Source of the DNA: Nanohaloarchaea archaeon B1-Br10_U2g1
GTDB taxonomy: Archaea > Nanohalarchaeota > Nanosalinia > Nanosalinales > Nanosalinaceae
Reading direction: 5' to 3'
DNA length: 20,076 nucleotides
Assembly (NCBI GenBank): GCA_001563875.1
Contig: LKMN01000012.1
Span: 1-20,076, forward strand
The notes below the pieces were generated by a model. That model did no database searches and had not been told where the DNA came from. It saw nothing but the letters and a program-made list of their open reading frames with translations. Of the stretch, positions 1 to 8,486 are shown piece after piece. The translations under genes and the position numbers were made by a program. The stretch's first letter is position 1, and every line of letters starts with the position of its first letter.

Positions 1-1152
1 AACGAAATAAACGAAAACGCCGATAAAGTTTCAAGACGAAATCTGCTCGGAGGAGCAGCTGTCGCAGGAGGTTTAGGTGCTTTAGGACTAGGCATATGGC
101 AGTCAGACAGAGACTCTTATCTCACAGATGTAGATCGTGGAGCCATAGAGCAAATGGCAGGCAACCAAAGAAATAGGGTTGACCAAGCTGCAGAAGATCT
201 AGAAGAAACCAACTCCTCTATACCTCTACCTAAGAACATAGAAGAATACAACGACCGTGGTCACCGTCCAGGAAGCGGAGTTTTACTGAGATATGTTGAC
301 TCCGATAGTCCTGAAACGTTTGTAGTTCCTCGTGAAGAAGACGGAGAAAGCGTCGAGTACGTCTCATTCGAACCTCCTCAAGATCATGAGTCTGAGGAAA
401 TGAGTCTAGCAAGCGTAGTTGACAGAACCGATAACGACATAGGAGATATTGCTGTCTCACAGATGCTTGAAAACCAGAAACAAGCCGAGGTAGAAGAGTT
501 CAGGCATGTGGTACCGTACCTCCGATCCGGCGATAACAGCCCTAGTGTAAGTGAAGAGGACTTGGATGAAGTAGAGAGCATTAAGCAGGAGCTAGACGAA
601 ACTATTAACGGAAGCTACCTGACACTGATTTCGGAACTTGAAGACGTATCCAACACTTCCGGAGACCTCATTAACGATGAGATAGGCGAATCAGACAGAG
701 AAACAATCACCACCATAGGAAGCATTATGTGGTCTGGAGAAGGATACAGAAAGGATAACCACCTAACTGAAACAGAGGCCGGTAACCTGATACAGGGACA
801 GGAAGAGTATGAAGACATGGGTCTAGACGAGACAAAAACAGAAGCCGACGCCATGTTACAGGAAGTAACTGCCGAGACAGTTAAGACTGCTATACTTAGC
901 GACACTCTAGGAAAAGCCCTTGAAAAAGCCGGTAGGACTTCAGACTTCTACTTCAGTGAAAGTGAAGAAGTTTACGCCGGTTTAGATTTAGATGAAGAGT
1001 TAGAAGAAGAGATAGATAGTTATGCGGAAGATAGAAACCTTAGCTCAGGCGAGCTAGAGTACCAGGTAAGATCTAAGGACGGAGAAGTCACACTAAGATA
1101 CGGAGAAAGTCTGGACTCTGGAGACTACGAGGAAATATCAATAGGAGAGTGA
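1..1152 (+). CDS. Acidic exported or membrane-anchored hypothetical protein with twin-arginine-like motif; 5'-partial (start lies upstream of window)
   Basis: Frame 1 is open from base 1 and in frame with the ORF-track ATG at 154: NEINENADKV-SRRNLL-GGAAVAGGLGALGLGIW-QSDRD...; SRRNLL at 31-48 precedes a Gly/Ala-rich hydrophobic segment; same acidic, purine-rich coding style; TGA at 1150-1152. Confidence 0.85.
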   Translation, partial: NEINENADKVSRRNLLGGAAVAGGLGALGLGIWQSDRDSYLTDVDRGAIEQMAGNQRNRVDQAAEDLEETNSSIPLPKNIEEYNDRGHRPGSGVLLRYVDSDSPETFVVPREEDGESVEYVSFEPPQDHESEEMSLASVVDRTDNDIGDIAVSQMLENQKQAEVEEFRHVVPYLRSGDNSPSVSEEDLDEVESIKQELDETINGSYLTLISELEDVSNTSGDLINDEIGESDRETITTIGSIMWSGEGYRKDNHLTETEAGNLIQGQEEYEDMGLDETKTEADAMLQEVTAETVKTAILSDTLGKALEKAGRTSDFYFSESEEVYAGLDLDEELEEEIDSYAEDRNLSSGELEYQVRSKDGEVTLRYGESLDSGDYEEISIGE

Positions 1153-1157
1153 AAAAC

Positions 1158-1173
1158 TCTCTTTTTTCTTTTT
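1158..1173 (+). terminator. Archaeal oligo-T terminator candidate
   Basis: TCTCTTTTTTCTTTTT immediately after the stop at 1152. Confidence 0.55.
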
Positions 1174-1263
1174 AACTATAAACTGTAACCATTCTCAACT
1201 CTTTTGACTGTCCTAAACTGCCTAAAAATAGTTTCAACCATTAAGAAACAGATATACTACAGT

Positions 1264-1278
1264 AAAACATTATTTAAA
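1264..1278 (+). promoter_or_regulatory. BRE/TATA promoter for the 1305 gene (leaderless or very short leader)
   Basis: AAAACAT-TATTTAAA; TATA at 1271-1278 is 27-34 nt upstream of ATG 1305; no SD visible. Confidence 0.55.
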
Positions 1279-1304
1279 ACGAACTATATGGAAAAACTGT
1301 TCTG

Positions 1305-2567
1305 ATGGACAACATAGGTAGAAGAGAGGTTTTGGTGGGCGGAGGAACAATAACTGCAGGAGCAGTTATACTGAATCAGCCTCCAAGTATTTTGGGAGAC
1401 GAGTTTGTTGAAGGAATTGATAGGGAGATCGCTGAAACAGAGGCGGAAAAGCTTAGAAACCAGCTGCTTCGTTCAGAAGACTTCCTCTTAAAACTGGATC
1501 TTCCCATACCTCAGAGAATCGAGGATTACGGATACAACACAGGAAAGAGTTCAGTGAACCCAAAGGTAACTGAGAAAGGTGTTAGAGTTACGGATAATTT
1601 TTATCTATCTTCTTTTGATGGAGAGATTTTACAGGGAGAGGTAGATGGCGAAAGCTACACTTATCACCACCTTGAGAGTGCTGAAAATGTGAACAACAAT
1701 TTCGACGAGTTGGATGATCTATTAGACGTTACAGATGATGGTTACAGCGAATTAGCCCTTTCCGGAGACGAGAGTTCTGGAAACCTAGGAAGATTAAACC
1801 AGACTCTAGAAGATTTTAACCGTATAAGGGCTTTTACAAGAGTGGAAGATCAGCAGCCTTTTCTGACCGAACAATCTATAGAAGAGTTAAAAGAGGTGAA
1901 CGAAGAGATAGAGAACTCTTTAACCGAGTATACAGAGTTTCTGAACAGTTATCAGGGCTCTCCTTCTCAGATATACGAAAGCGCCACCTCTCTTGTTCGG
2001 CAGCTGGAAACAGCAGAGACATCAACACATCGCAGAATCCCTTTAATAGGTGTTGTAACCGGTGAAGAAGAGATTCACAACCTTCTATCTCTAGAGGAGA
2101 GAAATAATCTCTTAGAAGGTGAAGGAGGATACGAGGGTATCGGCTTAAAATCTACTCAAGAAAGATCTGAAGATCTAGTCTTAGATGCTACTCTAACAGC
2201 CGGAAAGGCCTCAGTAATCCACAAGGTTATAGATGACGCTGTCAGGTACGCAGAGGAGAACAACAGGATATACAGCTCTCCAGAACAGAATCAGGAACAG
2301 TCCTCCGGTAAAGGTTATAGAGACGGTCTTGATGAAGAGTCTCAAGAAGTAGTTGAAACCTATTTTTCCGATGCAATGTTTGAGACTGACAGATTTAATA
2401 AGGAAGAAGTTTATCTGGAAGACGGAACACCGGCGAAGATCGGTGTTGAAGGTTATGAGAACGATCTTAGGCTGACTGAAGAGAACAGTTTCTCCCGTAG
2501 TGAGACAGAATGGCTGAAAGAAAACGAGAATCAGTTGGAAACAGTTTTTGAAGAAATATTAAAATAG
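1305..2567 (+). CDS. Acidic, largely helical hypothetical protein with Tat-like N-terminus
   Basis: 420-aa ORF; MDNI-GRREVL-VGGGTITAGAVIL; central coiled-coil-like stretch (EQSIEELKEVNEEIENSLTEY); no catalytic motif recognised. Confidence 0.85.
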   Translation: MDNIGRREVLVGGGTITAGAVILNQPPSILGDEFVEGIDREIAETEAEKLRNQLLRSEDFLLKLDLPIPQRIEDYGYNTGKSSVNPKVTEKGVRVTDNFYLSSFDGEILQGEVDGESYTYHHLESAENVNNNFDELDDLLDVTDDGYSELALSGDESSGNLGRLNQTLEDFNRIRAFTRVEDQQPFLTEQSIEELKEVNEEIENSLTEYTEFLNSYQGSPSQIYESATSLVRQLETAETSTHRRIPLIGVVTGEEEIHNLLSLEERNNLLEGEGGYEGIGLKSTQERSEDLVLDATLTAGKASVIHKVIDDAVRYAEENNRIYSSPEQNQEQSSGKGYRDGLDEESQEVVETYFSDAMFETDRFNKEEVYLEDGTPAKIGVEGYENDLRLTEENSFSRSETEWLKENENQLETVFEEILK

Positions 2568-2579
2568 AGGATGGAGGTG

Positions 2580-3785
2580 TTACTCCATCTCATCTACGAT
2601 ATCTCTAAGCTCTCTTAGAGAGTCGTAGGATTCTCCGGTTATTTCTGATGCGGAGTCAAGCACTCTGTTACGTAGAGCTTCTGTGTTGTACTCGTCTCCT
2701 TCTTCCGTGTAAGAAGGTTCAACTAGTGCATCATATACCCCTTGTAGGTCTCTTGTTTCTATTTGTGCCGGAGATGATAGTGCTTTTACGACAGACTCAT
2801 GGTCGGTTACAGCATCTTCAATCTCGTCAATTTCATCTAGTGCTGCAGCTGCATAAGCTAGGCCTGTCTCTCTTCTGGCTTCGTACTGTCCTTGCTGGTC
2901 TTGGTTGATGCTTGCTTTTTCACTGGAAGACTGTACTGAGAACTCATCGAACTTCTGCTGTTGTAGTTCTAAATCTCTCAGAACTCTTAGACTTTGTCTT
3001 AATTCCTTGTAGTTTTCGCTTACTACGTTTCCAGCTTCTGAAGCAAATTCGCTATAGACCTCTTGGATTTCATCTCTTCTTACTGTTCTCTCTGCTGCAC
3101 GTTCCTGCTTACGATTTGCAACTTGTGTTAGTCTTTCTTCTAGATTGTTTATGTCGCTTTGAACTTCTTCTCTTTCGCTGTCGTAACTGTTTTCTACAGC
3201 TCTTCTTTCATAAGACTCTAGACTTCCAGGAGTCTGTCCTTCTGCAAAGTCTTCTTCGTCCATATCTTCTATCTGGTTGAGGATCTTCTCTTTAGCAGCT
3301 TCTTCTTCTTGATCAAGAGCGTGTATCTCTTCCTCGTACTCTTGGATTTCTTCGTTGAGCTCGTCCATTATTCCTCTGAATTTACGGACTGTTCCTGTAA
3401 GACCTTCGATCTGCTCTGATTGGTGTTCTGCATAATCTCTTACTCCTAGCTCTCCATCGTATGTTAGCTCTTCTACCAGTTCTTCTGCTGACGTTTCAAG
3501 ACCTAGTTCCCATTCTTCAGTCTCAGGGACGTCTTCTCTAAGTTCTTCGTACTGCTCTGTTACTGTATCTGTTTCTGTCTGTCCTCTTTCTTCCCATTCT
3601 TCTATAGTTCTGTTAGCTGTTTTCTGCCTTTCCAGCTGTGTTTTTAGTGTGTCTTCGACTATTTCTGTTAGTCCTTTGGATTTGGCTGTTGGGTTCTCTC
3701 CTGTTGTGGAAACTGTTGTAGTTTCCTGTGTTTCGGAGCCTTCTCCGTAGTTCCGTTCGAATGATTCTTCTCCATTGTTTGTCAT
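2580..3785 (-). CDS. Acidic long coiled-coil hypothetical protein, probably cytoplasmic
   Basis: 401-aa ORF; heptad-rich stretches (IMDELNEEIQEYEEEIHALDQEEEAAKEKI; EREEVQSDINNLEERLTQVANRKQE); SD AGGTGA at 3800-3795; no signal peptide, TM helix or Walker A. Confidence 0.85.
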   Translation of the reverse strand: MTNNGEESFERNYGEGSETQETTTVSTTGENPTAKSKGLTEIVEDTLKTQLERQKTANRTIEEWEERGQTETDTVTEQYEELREDVPETEEWELGLETSAEELVEELTYDGELGVRDYAEHQSEQIEGLTGTVRKFRGIMDELNEEIQEYEEEIHALDQEEEAAKEKILNQIEDMDEEDFAEGQTPGSLESYERRAVENSYDSEREEVQSDINNLEERLTQVANRKQERAAERTVRRDEIQEVYSEFASEAGNVVSENYKELRQSLRVLRDLELQQQKFDEFSVQSSSEKASINQDQQGQYEARRETGLAYAAAALDEIDEIEDAVTDHESVVKALSSPAQIETRDLQGVYDALVEPSYTEEGDEYNTEALRNRVLDSASEITGESYDSLRELRDIVDEME

Positions 3786-3831
3786 TTGATTGATTCACCT
3801 AGTTACAGTTCTGCTTATGATACGAGCAACA

Positions 3832-3880
3832 TTATATATGTTTTTATTCGGCAGTAAGTAAAAGCCAAAACATATTTAAG
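3832..3880. promoter_or_regulatory. Back-to-back divergent BRE/TATA promoters
   Basis: Minus strand AAAACA-TATATAA (3844-3832) and plus strand AAAACA-TATTTAAG (3867-3880); together they form a perfect 9-bp inverted repeat ATATGTTTT (3836-3844) / AAAACATAT (3867-3875). Confidence 0.65.
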
Positions 3881-3917
3881 TTTTGTATCACCTTTTAGTC
3901 ACAACAGGGTGCGAGAT

Positions 3918-4898
3918 ATGAACAACAATATAGAGGACAACCGATGGAACCGGATGGTAGGAGAAAAAGAGATGGTAGCCGCAGCAGTCAAACTAGGCGC
4001 AGTACATGAGTCGATAAAGCTGCCTCTCAAACTTAATCCCGACCTAAACCCCGAGCAAGAACAGTTCCTCGAAGAACACCACGACTTTACCACAAACTTC
4101 TTCGAAGAGGAAGCAGGAAGAATAGATGTCGAGTCATGGAGACCAAATCTGTACGACGACAGCGAAACGGTGGACGACCCTTCTGTAGACGATAGATACG
4201 ATATCGACAAAACTTATGGAGCAGAAGACAGACACAGGTTAGCCCAAGAAATATTCAGTCACGCCGATGCAGCAGCTGAGAGAAGAGACGAACTATACCT
4301 CCAGACACTCGGACACAACAACCATAGAGACCTTGATGTAAACCTAACAGACGAGAACATCGAAAAGTTTGTAACCGAGATCCAAGACGTGATAGAACAC
4401 CAAGGAATAGAAGAAGACTATATAGACACAAAGTTCAGAGAACTAAAAGAATACAACAGCTCACGGTTCAACCAGCTGGAAGAACTGTCTGAAAACTACT
4501 TCAACAGTTTAATTGAAACTATAGATGAAGAAACACTGGATTCAAAAGAGATCTCATACGCCGTAGGAACAGCTATAGATAATCACACAGACATACTAGA
4601 TGAAAGCCAGGTATACGAACAAGTTACAAACGCTATAGAAAACTACGACTTTACAACAAGCGGCCCAGGCTATGAACAAACAGTTAACGCAGTTTTAGAA
4701 GGAATAGAAAGTTCAAATATAGCAACAGAAGCAGATATCCAAGAATTAAGAAGATATATCGGATCAGAACACGAAGACAGGAGTAGAGAACATCAGGAAA
4801 TACTTCAAGAGGTTGAAGGATTAAGAGGAGACCTCTATGAAGACTACGAACCAGAAGGATGGCTTGAAAGAATAGGAGACTACTTTACACGAGGTTAA
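3918..4898 (+). CDS. Acidic alpha-helical hypothetical protein with amphipathic C-terminal tail
   Basis: ORF-track 3909..4898; ATG 3918 preferred because GGGTG (3907-3911) is an SD-like site at normal spacing; ends EGWLERIGDYFTRG; no signal peptide. Confidence 0.85.
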   Translation: MNNNIEDNRWNRMVGEKEMVAAAVKLGAVHESIKLPLKLNPDLNPEQEQFLEEHHDFTTNFFEEEAGRIDVESWRPNLYDDSETVDDPSVDDRYDIDKTYGAEDRHRLAQEIFSHADAAAERRDELYLQTLGHNNHRDLDVNLTDENIEKFVTEIQDVIEHQGIEEDYIDTKFRELKEYNSSRFNQLEELSENYFNSLIETIDEETLDSKEISYAVGTAIDNHTDILDESQVYEQVTNAIENYDFTTSGPGYEQTVNAVLEGIESSNIATEADIQELRRYIGSEHEDRSREHQEILQEVEGLRGDLYEDYEPEGWLERIGDYFTRG

Positions 4899-4903
4899 CA
4901 ACA

Positions 4904-5404
4904 ATGAGCAAAAAACAACCAAAGTTCATGGACAGAAGAACAGCAAACAAAGCAATAGGCGCAGGCATACTGACAGCACTAGGTCTCGGTGCCTACTCAA
5001 CAGCAGGAAGCATACTTGCCTCAAGAAGGCCTGAACCAGAACCAGCTCCAGAACCAGAGGTACTTAACTACGAAGATATTCCGCAAGACAGTTTCGCAGA
5101 TGTCTACGAAGAACTTAGCGGAGATACAGAAGTAGACCATGAAGAGCTTTTGGACGAAAGAAGGTTTGAAAGACGTACAGACGGCGACACCGGAACCGGA
5201 GAGATAGTTTCTATAGATTATAGGGTCAGCCTTGACGAGGATTATAGAGGTGCTGACTCAAGAGTAAGATTTACTCTGGAGTACGAGGATGATACCGACA
5301 CACAGAGCTGGAGAGATATAGACGATGAAACTATGAGAGCTGTTGACGAGGCCTTCAAAAATCTTTATGGAGAAGAACAGTTTGATGACCGTTACAGGGT
5401 TTAA
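4904..5404 (+). CDS. Small acidic membrane-anchored or exported protein with twin-arginine-like N-terminus and Pro-Glu linker
   Basis: 166 aa; MDRRTANK-AIGAGILTALGLGAY; PEPEPAPEPE linker (about 5030-5059); SD GAGGT at 4891-4895; 5 bp after the previous stop. Alternative start ATG 4928. Confidence 0.85.
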   Translation: MSKKQPKFMDRRTANKAIGAGILTALGLGAYSTAGSILASRRPEPEPAPEPEVLNYEDIPQDSFADVYEELSGDTEVDHEELLDERRFERRTDGDTGTGEIVSIDYRVSLDEDYRGADSRVRFTLEYEDDTDTQSWRDIDDETMRAVDEAFKNLYGEEQFDDRYRV

Positions 5405-5407
5405 GAG

Positions 5408-8398
5408 ATGCTCAAAACCAAAATCACGCTTTTTATAGCTGCGGTATTAATTTTAACTTCTTCTGCGGCAGCAGCACCTATAATAGAAGAATTTAATATG
5501 GATCCTGAATCCCCGGAGAAGGGAGAAGAGTTCACAGTAACCATTACTGCAGAAGATACTAGAGACGAAGTTATGGAGATAGGTCTTGAATCCGTAGACG
5601 AAACTCCTTCCAACCGGGACACTAGTTCAGAGTACCGTTTCTGTGGAGATGTTTCCTGTACTGAAGAATGGGACATAGTTTTCGATGAGGACGGAGAATA
5701 CGAGCTAATGGCTGAAGCTGTAAACTACAGAGATGAATCTGAAAGACAGTTCAAAACTGTTGTTGTCGACACAGATCTTGAGCCTATAGAACTAAGTCTA
5801 GATGAACCTGGAGAGAACGCAGACAACCTAGATTTAAGACCTGATTTCTCCTGGTCTGTCTCAGGAGGGGAAGGAGATACGGTATCAGACTTCTATCTGA
5901 AAGAGAAGAGCTTCGAAGATGAACTACCTTGGACCGATCCGGATTTCTCAGAAGATGATACCGGAACCTCTTTCAGCCTTGACGAAGACCTTGATTACGA
6001 TACCGAGTACGTATGGGGAGTAGAGGTCACGGATGAAGAGGACCAGTCCGCAACAGAAAGCAGAAAGTTCACAACTAAGGAGGAGCCGGAAGCAGAGATA
6101 AATGCAGAGTTCAGTTTCGACCCTGAAGATCCTGTAGTAGATGAAGAAATTACTTTTGATGCATCAGACTCTGAAGCTGACAACGATATAGTAGAGTATA
6201 CCTGGGACTTTGACGACAACACTGAAACAACCACAACCAGCGAAACAGTCGACTATAGTTACGAAGACGAGGGAAGCTACGATGTTTCACTAGAGGTTGA
6301 GGACGAAGAAGGTAACACCGATTCAACAGAAAAAACAGTAGAGGTTGAAAAGCCTGAACCTGAGTGCGGTGTCTCAAGCGGTACCGTCGGAGATCTGAAT
6401 CTAGAAGAGAACACTATATACAGAGGAGATCATACAGAAGCCTCAATAGAGGTAGAAAACACCGGTGCTGAGCAAGACGTCAAAGTAGAGATAACAGCTG
6501 ACGGAGAGTTATTCAGTAGAACGACGAAAAGTATAGATGAGGGTTCTTCTGAAAGATTTTCAACCAAAGTGTCTCCTGAAGAAGACAGTACAGTGAGAGC
6601 AGAAGTGTTCACTGTCGGAGATCCTTGTGGGGATAGAGACATAACCACCAGATCAGATACACTTAAGGTTCTTACCCCTATTGTTGACGAGAAAGGACAT
6701 CTCAAGGTAGAGGTTGAGGACAGAGACAGCAACAGTCTAGAAGATGCGCGTGTAGAGGTTGAGAACTCTGAATCCAAAACAGGCTTCACCGACAGCGACG
6801 GAGCCGTAGAGTTCAAACTTGAAGCCGGCAGATACTACGTAGATGTCTCGAAACCAGGTTACCGTGCAGAGGAGAAACCTGTAAATATTAGGGAAGATGA
6901 GAAAGAGAGCCTTAGATTCACTTTAGAAGAAACCAGAGATAAGAGTCGTTTCAATGCTATAGTGAGAGACAGGGCGACAGACAGCAGAGTTGAAGATGCA
7001 GAAGTCCTACTAGAGAACAGTGAAAGTTACAAAGAAGAAACAGATAGACGCGGCAGAGCTTCATTCGATATCAAACCCGACAGCTACGATGTTACAGTAT
7101 CCAAGGAAAACTACAACATCACGACAGATGAGATAGAAGTAGAGAAAGGTGACGAGAAAACAAGAAACTACTACCTAACCGATGAGGAAAAATTCAAAGG
7201 TCCTTACATAAAGGACATTGATTCACCTGAAAAAGTCTGTAAAGGAGATACTCTAGAAGCAGATGTAGAGATGGAGAATCGAGGTGATCGAAACGAAACA
7301 GTAAGCTTAACGGGAACAGGTCTTGGAATTGCAACAGCCACAAACAGTTTCCCTATTGATGCCGACCAGACCAGAACTGAAACATTGAGATTTACAAAAG
7401 TCGAAGGGGACGGAGAAGAGGAGTTCAGCATAACGCTGAGAAACAGTAAAACAGACAGAGTTAACAGCACAGTAAATGTAGAAGACTGTATTACAGACAA
7501 AAAAGATAGAAAAGAAGAAATAAGTGATTTGACGGCAGAATTGGAACCTAGAGAGATTGTAGAAGGAGATACCACTAGAGTTAGCGGTTACGTTAGAGGT
7601 GTCAGAGGAAGCACTTCCGTAGAGATAGATGTTGAGGGTCAAGACAGTATAAACATCGCTACAGACAGAGACGGATACTACAGTACATATATCCGGCCGG
7701 AGAGGGTTGGGAAACAGTCAGTAACAGTCTCAGCAGGTGAGAAATCTATCTCTAGATCCTTAGAAGTGCTACCTACCTCCCGTGTCAGTTCAGTAACAGG
7801 ACCTAGAACTGTTTTCGAAGGGGATGAATTTGAGATATGTGCGGACGTATCGTCTCAGGTAACACCAAAAGTCACATTTGAGAGAAACGAACGTGTGCTT
7901 GAAACACGTAACGACGCGGGAGAGCTGTGTTTCGAAGATACTGCAAAGGATCCCGGAACACATGTATACAAAGTCAACTCTTTCGTGCATAGCCAAGCTA
8001 GCAGCGGTTCAACAGAGGTAGAGGTTTTAGAGAGGCGAAGCGATGCGGAGACTTTCCCTGACAGGTTTGCAAGTGTAAGAAGCGGGGAGGGACTTGTGAA
8101 AGTTGATCTATACAACAACGAGAATCAGCAGAAAACTTACGATCTAGAGATAGATGGTATAGATGATAGGTGGGTTACACAGAGCACTAAAGAAGTTATC
8201 TTGAACCCTGGTGAACCTAAGACGGTCTACTTCTACTTCACTCCTAGAGCTGAAGGAGAGTTTAGACCTGTGATCAACGTTTTCAAGGAAGGGGAGAAGA
8301 TGTACGAGGAAGAGATAATTATGGAGATTGGTGGACGTGATAGACCTGAAAGACTGACCTTTAGACAGCGTCTGTCACGCCTCATCTCCTTTATTTAG
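5408..8398 (+). CDS. Large secreted multidomain surface protein (Ig-like, FN3-like, PKD, CARDB-like, two carboxypeptidase-regulatory-like domains); putative adhesin
   Basis: 996 aa; Sec signal MLKTKITLFIAAVLILTSSAAA; FN3-like PDFSW...LDYDTEYVWGVEV...FTT (about 5780-6080); PKD ITFDASDS...YTWDFDD...YSYEDEGSYDVSLEVED (about 6098-6350); two V-x-D...VEDAxV...TDxxG...YxVxVSKxxY repeats (about 6695-7180). Confidence 0.85.
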   Translation: MLKTKITLFIAAVLILTSSAAAAPIIEEFNMDPESPEKGEEFTVTITAEDTRDEVMEIGLESVDETPSNRDTSSEYRFCGDVSCTEEWDIVFDEDGEYELMAEAVNYRDESERQFKTVVVDTDLEPIELSLDEPGENADNLDLRPDFSWSVSGGEGDTVSDFYLKEKSFEDELPWTDPDFSEDDTGTSFSLDEDLDYDTEYVWGVEVTDEEDQSATESRKFTTKEEPEAEINAEFSFDPEDPVVDEEITFDASDSEADNDIVEYTWDFDDNTETTTTSETVDYSYEDEGSYDVSLEVEDEEGNTDSTEKTVEVEKPEPECGVSSGTVGDLNLEENTIYRGDHTEASIEVENTGAEQDVKVEITADGELFSRTTKSIDEGSSERFSTKVSPEEDSTVRAEVFTVGDPCGDRDITTRSDTLKVLTPIVDEKGHLKVEVEDRDSNSLEDARVEVENSESKTGFTDSDGAVEFKLEAGRYYVDVSKPGYRAEEKPVNIREDEKESLRFTLEETRDKSRFNAIVRDRATDSRVEDAEVLLENSESYKEETDRRGRASFDIKPDSYDVTVSKENYNITTDEIEVEKGDEKTRNYYLTDEEKFKGPYIKDIDSPEKVCKGDTLEADVEMENRGDRNETVSLTGTGLGIATATNSFPIDADQTRTETLRFTKVEGDGEEEFSITLRNSKTDRVNSTVNVEDCITDKKDRKEEISDLTAELEPREIVEGDTTRVSGYVRGVRGSTSVEIDVEGQDSINIATDRDGYYSTYIRPERVGKQSVTVSAGEKSISRSLEVLPTSRVSSVTGPRTVFEGDEFEICADVSSQVTPKVTFERNERVLETRNDAGELCFEDTAKDPGTHVYKVNSFVHSQASSGSTEVEVLERRSDAETFPDRFASVRSGEGLVKVDLYNNENQQKTYDLEIDGIDDRWVTQSTKEVILNPGEPKTVYFYFTPRAEGEFRPVINVFKEGEKMYEEEIIMEIGGRDRPERLTFRQRLSRLISFI

Positions 8399-8438
8399 TC
8401 AACCACTTTAGGGTTGTAAACTCCTGTAGTTATCGAGT

Positions 8439-8476
8439 GATATATAAAACTAAAACATAGTGTTATTCATAGGTGG
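8439..8476 (+). promoter_or_regulatory. TATA box and SD for the 8487 gene
   Basis: TATATAAA at 8441-8448; AGGTGG at 8471-8476; ATG at 8487. Confidence 0.55.
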
Positions 8477-8486
8477 CAATACTAAA

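Noticed and set aside
1288-1305. Mini-ORF MEKLF coupled by TGATG to the 1305 gene
   Set aside because: Starts only ~10 nt after the TATA box, so probably upstream of the transcription start; likely chance.
2580-3785. SMC/Rad50 or chemoreceptor identity for the coiled-coil protein
   Set aside because: No Walker A/B, signature motif, CxxC hook or MCP hairpin motif.
5030-5059. CCAGAA-type short tandem repeat as a phase-variation locus
   Set aside because: Imperfect, in-frame 6-nt units encoding an ordinary Pro-Glu linker.
8460-8486. GTG start at 8460 (likewise GTG 3909)
   Set aside because: Too close to the TATA box or overlapping the SD; downstream ATGs at 8487 and 3918 have proper SD spacing.
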